In this document: piece after piece, positions 37,859 through 47,614 of the stretch | How the letters are laid out: the number at the start of each line of letters is the position of its first letter | Position numbering within the stretch: position 1 is the stretch's first letter | Source of the DNA: Kiritimatiellia bacterium | GTDB taxonomy: Bacteria; Verrucomicrobiota; Kiritimatiellia; RFP12; UBA1067 | Assembly: GCA_017403825.1 (NCBI GenBank) | Contig: JAFRDO010000077.1 | Coordinates: 64,921-128,920, forward strand | Direction of reading: 5' to 3' | Length of the DNA: 64,000 bases | Notes under the pieces: generated by a model | The model's database searches: none | Seen by the model: the letters and a program-made list of their open reading frames with translations, nothing else | What the model was told of the DNA's origin: nothing | Program-made: the position numbers and the translations under genes

Positions 37859-38891
37859 GACCGTCCTCCTTCACCTTCGCAAGGCACTCCGCTGGAATCC
37901 TTGTCGAACCAGCGCCCATCCACCCTCCGTCAACGTCCATCATTCCGCCGTTGATGACGACTCCGCCTGAAACGGCGGGATTGACCGCCCTTATCCGTCC
38001 GCCCCAGCCGCGACATTCCGTGATCGAACTGTCGCCCATCCACGGAAGCTGGTTCTCGCGCTTCGCGCCTTCGACCAGATACAGTCCTTCTATCATCGGC
38101 GCAGGGGCGGTGTACCACTTTCCGGACCCAGCCACCTTGACTCCGTAATCCACGCCATTGCCGCCGGCCGCCGTCAGGAATCCGCGCTTCCCAGCCTTCT
38201 CCAGCCCAAGGACGAGCGCACGGCTCGAGGCCTGGCCAAAGTTGTGCGTAAAGCGGTTCGTCGCCGCGAAGTAGGAAAGGAGGTCCGATGCGTTCCTGCA
38301 CTTGAGGGCATACGGCATTATCGCCCGCGTGAAGAGAGCGTCTATCGCCTTCTGGCACGAATGCAATTCGTCGCCCATCCGCCGCGCCTCGGCAAAAAGC
38401 TCCTTCATCGGGAAACCGCCGACATCTCGCAGCACAGCAGCAATCTCGGCGAAAAGCGTGTCGCGCATCCAGACAAGATTCTCGGCGATCTCCTTTGAAT
38501 AGACGCCCCAACCGCAGAAGCCTCCGCCGAAACGCCCCTCGGCCGGGAACAGGCCTGCGCGAGAGCCGTAGTCGCGGTCTTCCACAATGAGAAGCGGAAC
38601 GGACTTCGTGATGATTCCGTAACCGGAGCCGTCTGTCGCATAGTCGCACGCCGCCTCGCACTTCACCGCTCCGCTCTCCAGCAAACGCACGGCATCGTCC
38701 GCCGTCTTGGCCCACCCCTCGAAGAGGCATGCATTCGCCATGCTGCGCTGATGGGCGCGACACATGCGAGCGTATTCTATCGGCGGACCCGAATGAAGCA
38801 CCGTCTTGTCGGCAAGACAGAGAAATTCGCCTGCCGGCAGCACGTCAACCCAATGCGGATTCCCAGCCTCCCGAAGCTCTTCAACCGTCAT
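37839..38891 (-). CDS. Cytoplasmic hypothetical protein of a DUF family. It is cotranscribed with the MBL hydrolase and the SSS transporter.
   Basis: The 350-aa protein has no signal peptide. It overlaps its neighbours by 11 nt and 20 nt. Confidence 0.45.
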   Translation of the reverse strand: MTVEELREAGNPHWVDVLPAGEFLCLADKTVLHSGPPIEYARMCRAHQRSMANACLFEGWAKTADDAVRLLESGAVKCEAACDYATDGSGYGIITKSVPLLIVEDRDYGSRAGLFPAEGRFGGGFCGWGVYSKEIAENLVWMRDTLFAEIAAVLRDVGGFPMKELFAEARRMGDELHSCQKAIDALFTRAIMPYALKCRNASDLLSYFAATNRFTHNFGQASSRALVLGLEKAGKRGFLTAAGGNGVDYGVKVAGSGKWYTAPAPMIEGLYLVEGAKRENQLPWMGDSSITECRGWGGRIRAVNPAVSGGVVINGGMMDVDGGWMGAGSTRIPAECLAKVKEDGHELQLA

Positions 38892-39759
38892 CTCTTATCT
38901 CCTTCAGGTGCTCGGAAACCGTATGAAGCGCGAGGAAAAGCCTTTCGGGCATTCCGCAGCCGACTTCGGAGATCAGCCTGCGGGCGAGCGAGACCGGCTC
39001 CTCCTCGACCGGCACGCCCTCCTTCAGATAAGAAGCGATGCGCTCGCCATAAAGTTTAGTGCGTTCTCCGCTGTAGCGGATCGCCGCCGCAACGGCCTCG
39101 CGACCCTGAACGATGTTGCCGATACCGTCGTAAACGTGTCCGCAGACGATGTTCTCGATGTCTTCCCTCGCCAACTTGGCAAGCGTGTTCCTGTACGCGG
39201 CAAGATCGCGGTAGAAGGCGATTCCCTGGCAGACCGTGCCGTTCGCCTGGATCGAATCGCCGGTGAACGCGGTGCCGGTCTGTTCGTCGAACCACACAAG
39301 GCAGTTGTCGTCGTGGCCTGGCGTTGCCACGGCGCGGAGCCGTCCCTCCAAAAGCTCGCCTTCCCCAAGCAGAAGGTCAGGTTCGACGCCCTTCAGGTCA
39401 GACTGCGGCGGCGGCGAATTCTTCGGGAAGCGCGTACGTACGCGGACCGACACCTTCGCCGGATCGCGCAGAGCATCAGCGGCGGAAGCGAGCGTGGCGG
39501 TCTTCACGCCATATTTCTCGTGAAGCGCATAATGTCCACCGATATGGTCGCCATGGACGTGCGTGCAAAGGAGCCAGTCGATGTCGGATGGCTTCATGCC
39601 GAGATCTTCAAGCGCGGGAATGAGGTATGCTTCAGGATCCAAATGCGACGAGTCGATGAGAATGTTCTTTTCGCCGCGAATGAGGATGATGCCAGTCCAT
39701 ACCGGCCCGAACGGCACCTTAAGCAGATACGTGCCCGGAAAGATCTCTTCGAATTTCAT
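38881..39759 (-). CDS. MBL-fold metallo-hydrolase.
   Basis: The 'THVHGDHIGG' HxHxDH motif is present, as is the downstream 'GHD' and His ligands. The start was refined to MKFEEIFPG at 39759, which has a GGAGG Shine-Dalgarno. Confidence 0.8.
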   Translation of the reverse strand: MKFEEIFPGTYLLKVPFGPVWTGIILIRGEKNILIDSSHLDPEAYLIPALEDLGMKPSDIDWLLCTHVHGDHIGGHYALHEKYGVKTATLASAADALRDPAKVSVRVRTRFPKNSPPPQSDLKGVEPDLLLGEGELLEGRLRAVATPGHDDNCLVWFDEQTGTAFTGDSIQANGTVCQGIAFYRDLAAYRNTLAKLAREDIENIVCGHVYDGIGNIVQGREAVAAAIRYSGERTKLYGERIASYLKEGVPVEEEPVSLARRLISEVGCGMPERLFLALHTVSEHLKEIRDDG

Positions 39760-41807
39760 CGAGCCTCCATCGGGTCGCCAACGCGTTCTAGTGCATAAAG
39801 CCTGTATGTTACGATGAAGGCCGTGCACTGGTTGTTGAAGTTGCCGCGGGCGGCGATGGGGTTGCTGCGGTACTTGGCCCACCGCGTCTGGGAATGCGCC
39901 TCGCACTGCGACCCCGGCGTGCGGAGGACGCCGTTCATCGAGCCGACGTCCGGCCCTGCGACATCCTGCATCGCGTTCACCCAGATGAGCCTACCAGCCT
40001 CGCGCCACACGCTCTCGCCCGTCGCGTCCGCAAGGTCGAAGAGGTCGGGAATCGCCACCGTCGCGTATGGGTCGATGGCCGGATGCTCCGCCGAGACCAG
40101 CGTCCCGCCGCTCGTGTGGTAGCCGAAGCGCCCGAATTCGCTTGTCGGCGGATACAGCGCATCGTACGTGAACATCCACGAGCAGAAATACGTCGCCACG
40201 CGCTCGGCGCAGTCGAGATAACGCTTCTCTCCAGTCTGGCGGTAGAGCTCGAGCGCGGCGTAGATGTATGGGAAGGAAGACTCCTTGTCGACGCAGTTGC
40301 AGTCGTCCGCGCCGGCGACGCAGCGAAACTTCCCGAGATCCATCTCAAAGTACCTGTCGAACGCCTTGCGCGCGCAATCGAGGTAGCGACGGTCTCCGCA
40401 GACGGCGTGGAGCTCAAGCATCCCCTTCACCATGAATCCGCCGCCGTCGCCTCCGCCTTCCAGCTTCTCGCCAGTCTTCAGCGACCACATGCGCCCGAAG
40501 GGATCCTTCTCGTCGTAATGCGCCACGAAGAAGTCCGCGAGCCTCATTGCGAACTCAAGATAAAGCGGATGTTCGACGCCGTACTCCTTCAGCATCTTCC
40601 ACATCTTCGCCATCTCTCCCACGCCCCAGCCAAGCTCCGTCACACTGAGACGTTCGACCTTGCTACGCCGGCGGGTCGGCGCGAGGCCGGACGCGACCTG
40701 CCGCCGCGCCCAGTCGTCCAGGTCGTCGAGGCACCACTTCGCGAACTCCGTGTCGCCGCGCTTCACGGCTCCCTTGTACGCAAAGCGGTGCGTCATGAAG
40801 TTCTGTCCGGCGAAGCCCATTTCGTCCATCCAGAACATGCGCAGATATGGACGGTTCAGCGACGGATCTCGCTCAAGATCGGCAAGCGTGAGCTTCTTCT
40901 CCGCATCCGTCATCCACGCCGGGAAGTGACGCTTGTTGGTCCGCGCAGTGTAGCCGAGCCTGAATGAGATGTCCGTGCCCATCGCGCCCTTCGACTTGCC
41001 GTCTGCGACCGACTTCTCGCAGCAGTCGAGGATCCACTGGTGCGAGACCTTCTCGGCAGTTGCCGCGTCCATGGCCGGAATCGGATGGTCGTGCTTCAAA
41101 ACGGCCATCGCCGCCTTGAACGCCTCGCGGTAGCCGCAGTTCTCCCAGCGCGGCTTGCCAGTCATGAAGTACGACTCCGCCTCGAAGGTCGCGCCGGGCG
41201 GCAGCGTGATCCACTCGTCGTAGCGGTCAACGTAACTGAACTTGAACGCATAGCACACCGGACTTTCACGAACCGGATAGAATATCCTGTGCTCGAAACG
41301 TCCGTCAGGGAGCCGTCGAATCGAACACGAGCTTTCGAGCGAAGCCCTGTCGCGGTCTGAGGCGAACATGGCGAAGAGCGCATCCTTCGTCTCGGAGAGC
41401 GTGCACGAAGGAATGGACTCGCGGTCGTAGCCGAACACCCACGGCTTGCCGTCACGCTCCAGGCCGCTTGGCGCAACCTGGTTGCCGAACGCATTGTCAC
41501 CGTAGATGACGCCGGGGATCACCCAGTTAGTCGGCTTGAAGTCGCATGTCGCGCGAACCACGGCCTGAAAAGTGCGCGTCTCGTTTGAGGGATTGGTAAT
41601 CTTCACGAGACGACGGCTGAGCTTGAAGTCGGCTGTCTCGACACCCGCATCCCGCACGACCTCGGCAATCGCGTACTTGGCGGAACGATCAACGTCGCCT
41701 CCGCCCTTCTCGTAGATTTCCACTGGCAAAAGTTCTCCATGCGCCAACGCCGCCAGCGCTGAGGCAGTGACCGCCAGAAGGACCATCTTCTTGTTTTCTA
41801 TGCTCAT
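39756..41807 (-). CDS. Secreted putative polysaccharide-degrading enzyme with an N-terminal beta-sandwich and a C-terminal (alpha/alpha)6-like domain. It is a paralog of the gene at 41810..43855.
   Basis: The start was refined to MSIENKKMVLLAVTASALAALAHG. It shares blocks with its neighbour ('...PWVF(G/S)Y(D/E)R...PSCTL(S/T)E...' and 'W(M/I)F..D..Y'). Confidence 0.5.
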   Translation of the reverse strand: MSIENKKMVLLAVTASALAALAHGELLPVEIYEKGGGDVDRSAKYAIAEVVRDAGVETADFKLSRRLVKITNPSNETRTFQAVVRATCDFKPTNWVIPGVIYGDNAFGNQVAPSGLERDGKPWVFGYDRESIPSCTLSETKDALFAMFASDRDRASLESSCSIRRLPDGRFEHRIFYPVRESPVCYAFKFSYVDRYDEWITLPPGATFEAESYFMTGKPRWENCGYREAFKAAMAVLKHDHPIPAMDAATAEKVSHQWILDCCEKSVADGKSKGAMGTDISFRLGYTARTNKRHFPAWMTDAEKKLTLADLERDPSLNRPYLRMFWMDEMGFAGQNFMTHRFAYKGAVKRGDTEFAKWCLDDLDDWARRQVASGLAPTRRRSKVERLSVTELGWGVGEMAKMWKMLKEYGVEHPLYLEFAMRLADFFVAHYDEKDPFGRMWSLKTGEKLEGGGDGGGFMVKGMLELHAVCGDRRYLDCARKAFDRYFEMDLGKFRCVAGADDCNCVDKESSFPYIYAALELYRQTGEKRYLDCAERVATYFCSWMFTYDALYPPTSEFGRFGYHTSGGTLVSAEHPAIDPYATVAIPDLFDLADATGESVWREAGRLIWVNAMQDVAGPDVGSMNGVLRTPGSQCEAHSQTRWAKYRSNPIAARGNFNNQCTAFIVTYRLYALERVGDPMEAR

Positions 41808-41809
41808 AA

Positions 41810-43855
41810 CTACATACCCTCCCTTTTCAAATGGCTTTTGAGGCGCCGTTCTACCGTCCACATGCGGAACGCGCTCGGCCACGGCGCAAGGATGTCGCTC
41901 ATGTAGCCCGCCTCGATCACGGGACGGTACTTCGTGAACCGGGCCTGGAAGCACGCCTCGCTCTGCGAGCCGATCGGACGCTGCTGGCCGTGGTAGAACT
42001 CGCCGAGGCGCGTCGTTATGCACTGCATTGCGTTCGCCCACATGAGGCCCGCAATCCGCCGCCACTTCGCGTCGCCTGTAAGCTCCGAAAGCTCTTCAAG
42101 GTCGGGCACGGCGATCGAACCCCACGAATCGATTCCCTGATGCTCGGCGCTCACTGCCGTTCCGCCCGTCGTATGCCAGTCGTGCTTCGCGATGTCCGTC
42201 TCTGGCCCATACACGCCATCGAAGAAAAACATCCAGCTCGTGAAGTAGGCCGCTGCTTTCTCCGCGCGCTCCAGATGCTTCGCATCCCCTGTGAGGCGGT
42301 AGAGCGAAAGCGAGCCGTTCAGGAACGGCCAGGCCGTCTCCTTGTCGATGCAATAGCAGTCTATCGCGCCGGCGGTGCACTCGAAGCGGTCAAGGTCACG
42401 CTTGAAGTAGAAGTCGCTCGCCTTGAGCGCAGCGTCAAGGTACTTTTGCTCCTTCGTCTCTCCGTACAGCTCGATGAGCGCCGGGATGAGGAACCCGCCA
42501 ATCGTCCCGGCACGTGCGGCTGGCCGGCCGTCAACGCGCCAGCTCTTTCCGAAGCCCCATTCGTCCGACCAGTGCCCGACGAAGAAGTCGCAGATGCCGC
42601 GCGCGAACTTGACGTATTCCGGCTTGTCCATGCCATGCGTCGACAGAAGACGCTTCATTCGCACCGCCTCCGCCGCCGCCCAGCCCATGTTACAGGCATC
42701 CGCAGGACGACGCTCGACACGGTCGGCGTCGAAGTTGTAGTTGTAGCAGGTGTGAAGGAGCCCGCTCGGATATTGCGTGGCGACGAAAGCGTCAAACACT
42801 CCGACCGCCTTCTTGAGGAGTGCATCGTCGCCCGCAGCGAACGCCTTGACGGCGAGCATTCGCGCATTCAGGAAGTTCTGCCCAGCCCAGCCAACCTCGA
42901 ACGTCTGGCAATACGTGCCGAGATCGGTCCAGTATTCCCACTTCATGCGCTCGGCCATCTCCTCGCGCGTGATGCGCATAGCCGCACAGTCGTGTGCCAT
43001 GCGGTTCGTGACGTGTTCGTTCACGAGCCACTTGCCCCTGTAGAGATAGAGCAGCGAATGAATGTAGCGTACGCCAAGGTCGAATACCTCGTCGTCCGTC
43101 AGGCACGGCTTCAACTGCGGATCGAGCAACCTGAGCGCATGGTCGATGAGCGCGGCATAGGCGTAGCCCGGCCACTTCGGACGGCAGACGCACACATAAC
43201 TCTTCGCCGTGAACGTTTCGCCCGGACCGAGCGTGATGTAAGTGTCGTAGCGCGGGCCAAACACGCCTTTCGACTCGTAAGTGTACGGGGCTTCGGTGAC
43301 CGGACGGCAGATGACGTGTTCATAGCGCTCTCCAGCAAGCTCAAGCGAGCACGCGCTGACAAGCGACTCCTTCGTGTCGTTCGCTGCAAAGACGGCAATG
43401 CCGACAGAAGCGTTCTCCGTCAAGGTGCAGCTCGGAACGCCAGTACGTTCATACGAGAACACCCACGGCTGCCCTTCGCAGGACAGCCCCTTCGGCGTCT
43501 TCAGCGCGCCGAACTTGTTGCCGTTGTAGTTGACGCACGGTATAAGATAGCGATCAGCGGCAAAGCAGTCGCGCACGCGCAGCTCGTCCTTGAACGTCAC
43601 CGGTTCGCCGCCTGTGTTCTTCACAGTACGCGTAATGGCATACGCGCCGTTGCCGAGATGCTCAACCTTTTCTTCCGCCAGCTTAAGCGCCGCGTTCGGC
43701 GCCGTCCACGGCACAAGTTCCGCAAGCGCGGAAGACCAATCCCCCACAATTCCGCTCTCACCAAACAATACAATCTCGCCGCCGACACCTGCAAAGCCAG
43801 ACGCCGCAATCAACCACACACAAGCCAATGCCATGATGCTTTTCGCTGTCATCAT
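41810..43855 (-). CDS. Secreted putative polysaccharide-degrading enzyme, a paralog of the gene at 39756..41807.
   Basis: The signal peptide is MMTAKSIMALACVWLIAASGFA. Conserved blocks are shared as noted above. Confidence 0.55.
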   Translation of the reverse strand: MMTAKSIMALACVWLIAASGFAGVGGEIVLFGESGIVGDWSSALAELVPWTAPNAALKLAEEKVEHLGNGAYAITRTVKNTGGEPVTFKDELRVRDCFAADRYLIPCVNYNGNKFGALKTPKGLSCEGQPWVFSYERTGVPSCTLTENASVGIAVFAANDTKESLVSACSLELAGERYEHVICRPVTEAPYTYESKGVFGPRYDTYITLGPGETFTAKSYVCVCRPKWPGYAYAALIDHALRLLDPQLKPCLTDDEVFDLGVRYIHSLLYLYRGKWLVNEHVTNRMAHDCAAMRITREEMAERMKWEYWTDLGTYCQTFEVGWAGQNFLNARMLAVKAFAAGDDALLKKAVGVFDAFVATQYPSGLLHTCYNYNFDADRVERRPADACNMGWAAAEAVRMKRLLSTHGMDKPEYVKFARGICDFFVGHWSDEWGFGKSWRVDGRPAARAGTIGGFLIPALIELYGETKEQKYLDAALKASDFYFKRDLDRFECTAGAIDCYCIDKETAWPFLNGSLSLYRLTGDAKHLERAEKAAAYFTSWMFFFDGVYGPETDIAKHDWHTTGGTAVSAEHQGIDSWGSIAVPDLEELSELTGDAKWRRIAGLMWANAMQCITTRLGEFYHGQQRPIGSQSEACFQARFTKYRPVIEAGYMSDILAPWPSAFRMWTVERRLKSHLKREGM

Positions 43856-43863
43856 GATTTGGC

Positions 43864-43914
43864 CTAGACGTTCATGCTGTCGCCCGCGCCACCGATTACA
43901 AATATTTTTCTCAT
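43864..43914 (-). other. Candidate 16-codon upstream ORF (MRKIFVIGGAGDSMNV) with a strong Shine-Dalgarno. It lies 8 nt before the Shine-Dalgarno-less start of the hydrolase gene.
   Basis: AAAGGAGG lies 8 nt upstream of its ATG. Its stop sits 8 nt before the ATGATG of the 41810..43855 gene. The call rests on arrangement only, with no homology support. Confidence 0.25.
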
Positions 43915-43985
43915 TTCCCCTGCGCCTCCTTTATGCCGTCAAGTCCAGACTGTTGTCTTTGATGCCGAGTATTATACTAAAACGA

Positions 43986-44885
43986 TTACGATGTCAGCTC
44001 CTTCAGAAGCGCGATCTCCTCCCTGTACCCTTGGAGGTCGCATGGTGTTTCAAGATAGAATGGAAGTTTGCGCAACGCCGGGTGACAGACGATGCGACGG
44101 AACGCCTCAAGGCCGATCTTGCCCTTGCCGATCTTCTCGTGGCGGTCCTTGCGGGAGCCGCGCACGTTCATGGAATCGTTTATGTGAATCGCCTTAAGCC
44201 GTCCGAGACCTACAACCCGGTCAAACTCCGCCAGCACGCCGTCAAGGCCGCCGACGATGTCATAGCCGCCGTCCCAGACATGACACGTGTCAAGGCAGAC
44301 GCCAAGCTGGCAGGCGCCTGAAAGCTGCGGTTCCGCAGCATCGATTATGGCGCGTATCTCCTCGAACGTGCCTCCGACCTCGCTGCCCTTCCCGGACATG
44401 GTCTCCAACAGGATCGCCGTCGAAAATGGCCGTCCGCCCTTCGTCACCGTCGCAATCACGCGGACCAGGTGCGACGCTATCAGCCCTATGCCCGCCTCGG
44501 CCCCCTGCCCCACGTGGGAACCTGGGTGAAAGTTGTACATCGCCCCCGGAGTCAGCTCAAGACGCCTCAGGTCGTCTACCATCACGCTCTCGGCGAACTC
44601 GCGGACGCGCGCCTCGGCTCCGGCGGCGTTCAGCGTATAGGGCGCATGCGCGAGTATCGGACCTATGCCGTTAGCGGCGGCGTACTCGGTGAACGCCGCG
44701 ACGTCCGCCTTGTCGATGGGCTTCGCCGCGCCTCCGCGCGGGTTGCGCGTGAAGAACTGGAAGACGTTTGCCCCGATGGACACAGCTGTCTGCGCCATCG
44801 CCAGATAGCCGCCGGAGGCGCTGAGGTGACAGCCGACGCGCAAGGGTGGACATGCGTCCGTCTCATGCAATCGACACTTGTGCAT
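43986..44885 (-). CDS. nfo: Endonuclease IV (AP endonuclease family 2).
   Basis: Motifs 'VGCHLSASGGY', 'LLETMSGKGSEVG' and 'GVCLDTCHVWDGGYD' are present. A TTG start near 44843 (MRVGCH...) would fit the family length better. A TGCTATAAT -10 lies immediately upstream of the annotated ATG. Confidence 0.85.
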   Translation of the reverse strand: MHKCRLHETDACPPLRVGCHLSASGGYLAMAQTAVSIGANVFQFFTRNPRGGAAKPIDKADVAAFTEYAAANGIGPILAHAPYTLNAAGAEARVREFAESVMVDDLRRLELTPGAMYNFHPGSHVGQGAEAGIGLIASHLVRVIATVTKGGRPFSTAILLETMSGKGSEVGGTFEEIRAIIDAAEPQLSGACQLGVCLDTCHVWDGGYDIVGGLDGVLAEFDRVVGLGRLKAIHINDSMNVRGSRKDRHEKIGKGKIGLEAFRRIVCHPALRKLPFYLETPCDLQGYREEIALLKELTS

Positions 44886-44920
44886 GAAGCGTATTATAGC
44901 ACAAATCCAGCCTTACGGTG

Positions 44921-46531
<1,611 letters not shown>

Positions 46532-46558
46532 TTCGCTGATTTCCTTTCGGTTGAAACC

Positions 46559-47614
46559 CTACTTCCAGTTTATGTAGCCGCTGACGGGGGTCAGATAGGC
46601 CGCTCGGTCGGTGGCGGGCTTATACCGCGTGCCGTCATACCAGTCGGTAAAACCGTTCTCGGCTCGGTAATATTCCCCGGTCTCGGTGTCCTGGACGCGC
46701 TCGTATCCAAGGGTGGCGTCGCTGCGTTTCTGCGACAGGACGTCATATGTGGCGTTGCGCCGCCGATAGGAGTCCATGATCATGCCTCTTATCGAATCAG
46801 CCGTCTGCATTATGTAGGCGGACGTGCCCATCAGCTGCGCCCAGGCCGCCCTGCGCTGCCGATGGAACGCCTGGGTGAAGGCTATCGAGGAAAGGCAGCG
46901 GTCAAGGACCGGCTGCCATTCGACGAACTCTTCCTTCAATGCAGTCTCGGAGATGATGGAGAACTCCGTCATGACCCCCACGTCCAGCTGCCCGGCCCCA
47001 GGCTTGAACACGTTACGGCTCACCATCTGCGTCATACCCTTGACGACCGCATGGTACAGCCCCTGCATCTGCCTGCCCGAGGATGCCGACGTGCATTGCG
47101 CGACAACCACCTCTCCGCCAAGCGGCGTCTTGCCCAGCCGTTCCAGAACCTCGAACTGCCTATAGCCCATTATCGGCCCCATCGCGGCGAAAAAGCCAGC
47201 CGTCGTCGGCTCCCTCACGACCGGCATCTTCGCAAAAAGGCTGTTGGGTCCGTAGTTCTTTATGTGCCAGTTGCGAGCCTCCTGCGACTTGAGCCCAATG
47301 GCGTTGTTCAGGCAAAAGTAAAGCTCTCTCTCCGGACGCGCCGGATCATACACCGTGATGGCATAGCTTATGAGATCAACCTTTCCCGTCGCCTTGAGAC
47401 CGGTGCGCACACGCCATCCGTTAGGAATGTTGACGGTGAAGAATCCGCTGGGGTCGCTGTACTTGACGAATTTGACATTCCTAGCCGCCGAAGGGCGAAT
47501 GCGAATCGCCCCCTTCTTAGGCGGAAAGCCATACCCCGTCAGGCATGACGCAAGCACAACGGCCACTGCAAGGGAAACAACCTTGATTTTCATATTGCGA
47601 ATATTATATCTCAT
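46559..47614 (-). CDS. Hypothetical lipoprotein.
   Basis: The lipobox VLASC occurs in MKIKVVSLAVAVVLASCLTG. The probable start is at 47593. Confidence 0.45.
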   Translation of the reverse strand: MRYNIRNMKIKVVSLAVAVVLASCLTGYGFPPKKGAIRIRPSAARNVKFVKYSDPSGFFTVNIPNGWRVRTGLKATGKVDLISYAITVYDPARPERELYFCLNNAIGLKSQEARNWHIKNYGPNSLFAKMPVVREPTTAGFFAAMGPIMGYRQFEVLERLGKTPLGGEVVVAQCTSASSGRQMQGLYHAVVKGMTQMVSRNVFKPGAGQLDVGVMTEFSIISETALKEEFVEWQPVLDRCLSSIAFTQAFHRQRRAAWAQLMGTSAYIMQTADSIRGMIMDSYRRRNATYDVLSQKRSDATLGYERVQDTETGEYYRAENGFTDWYDGTRYKPATDRAAYLTPVSGYINWK

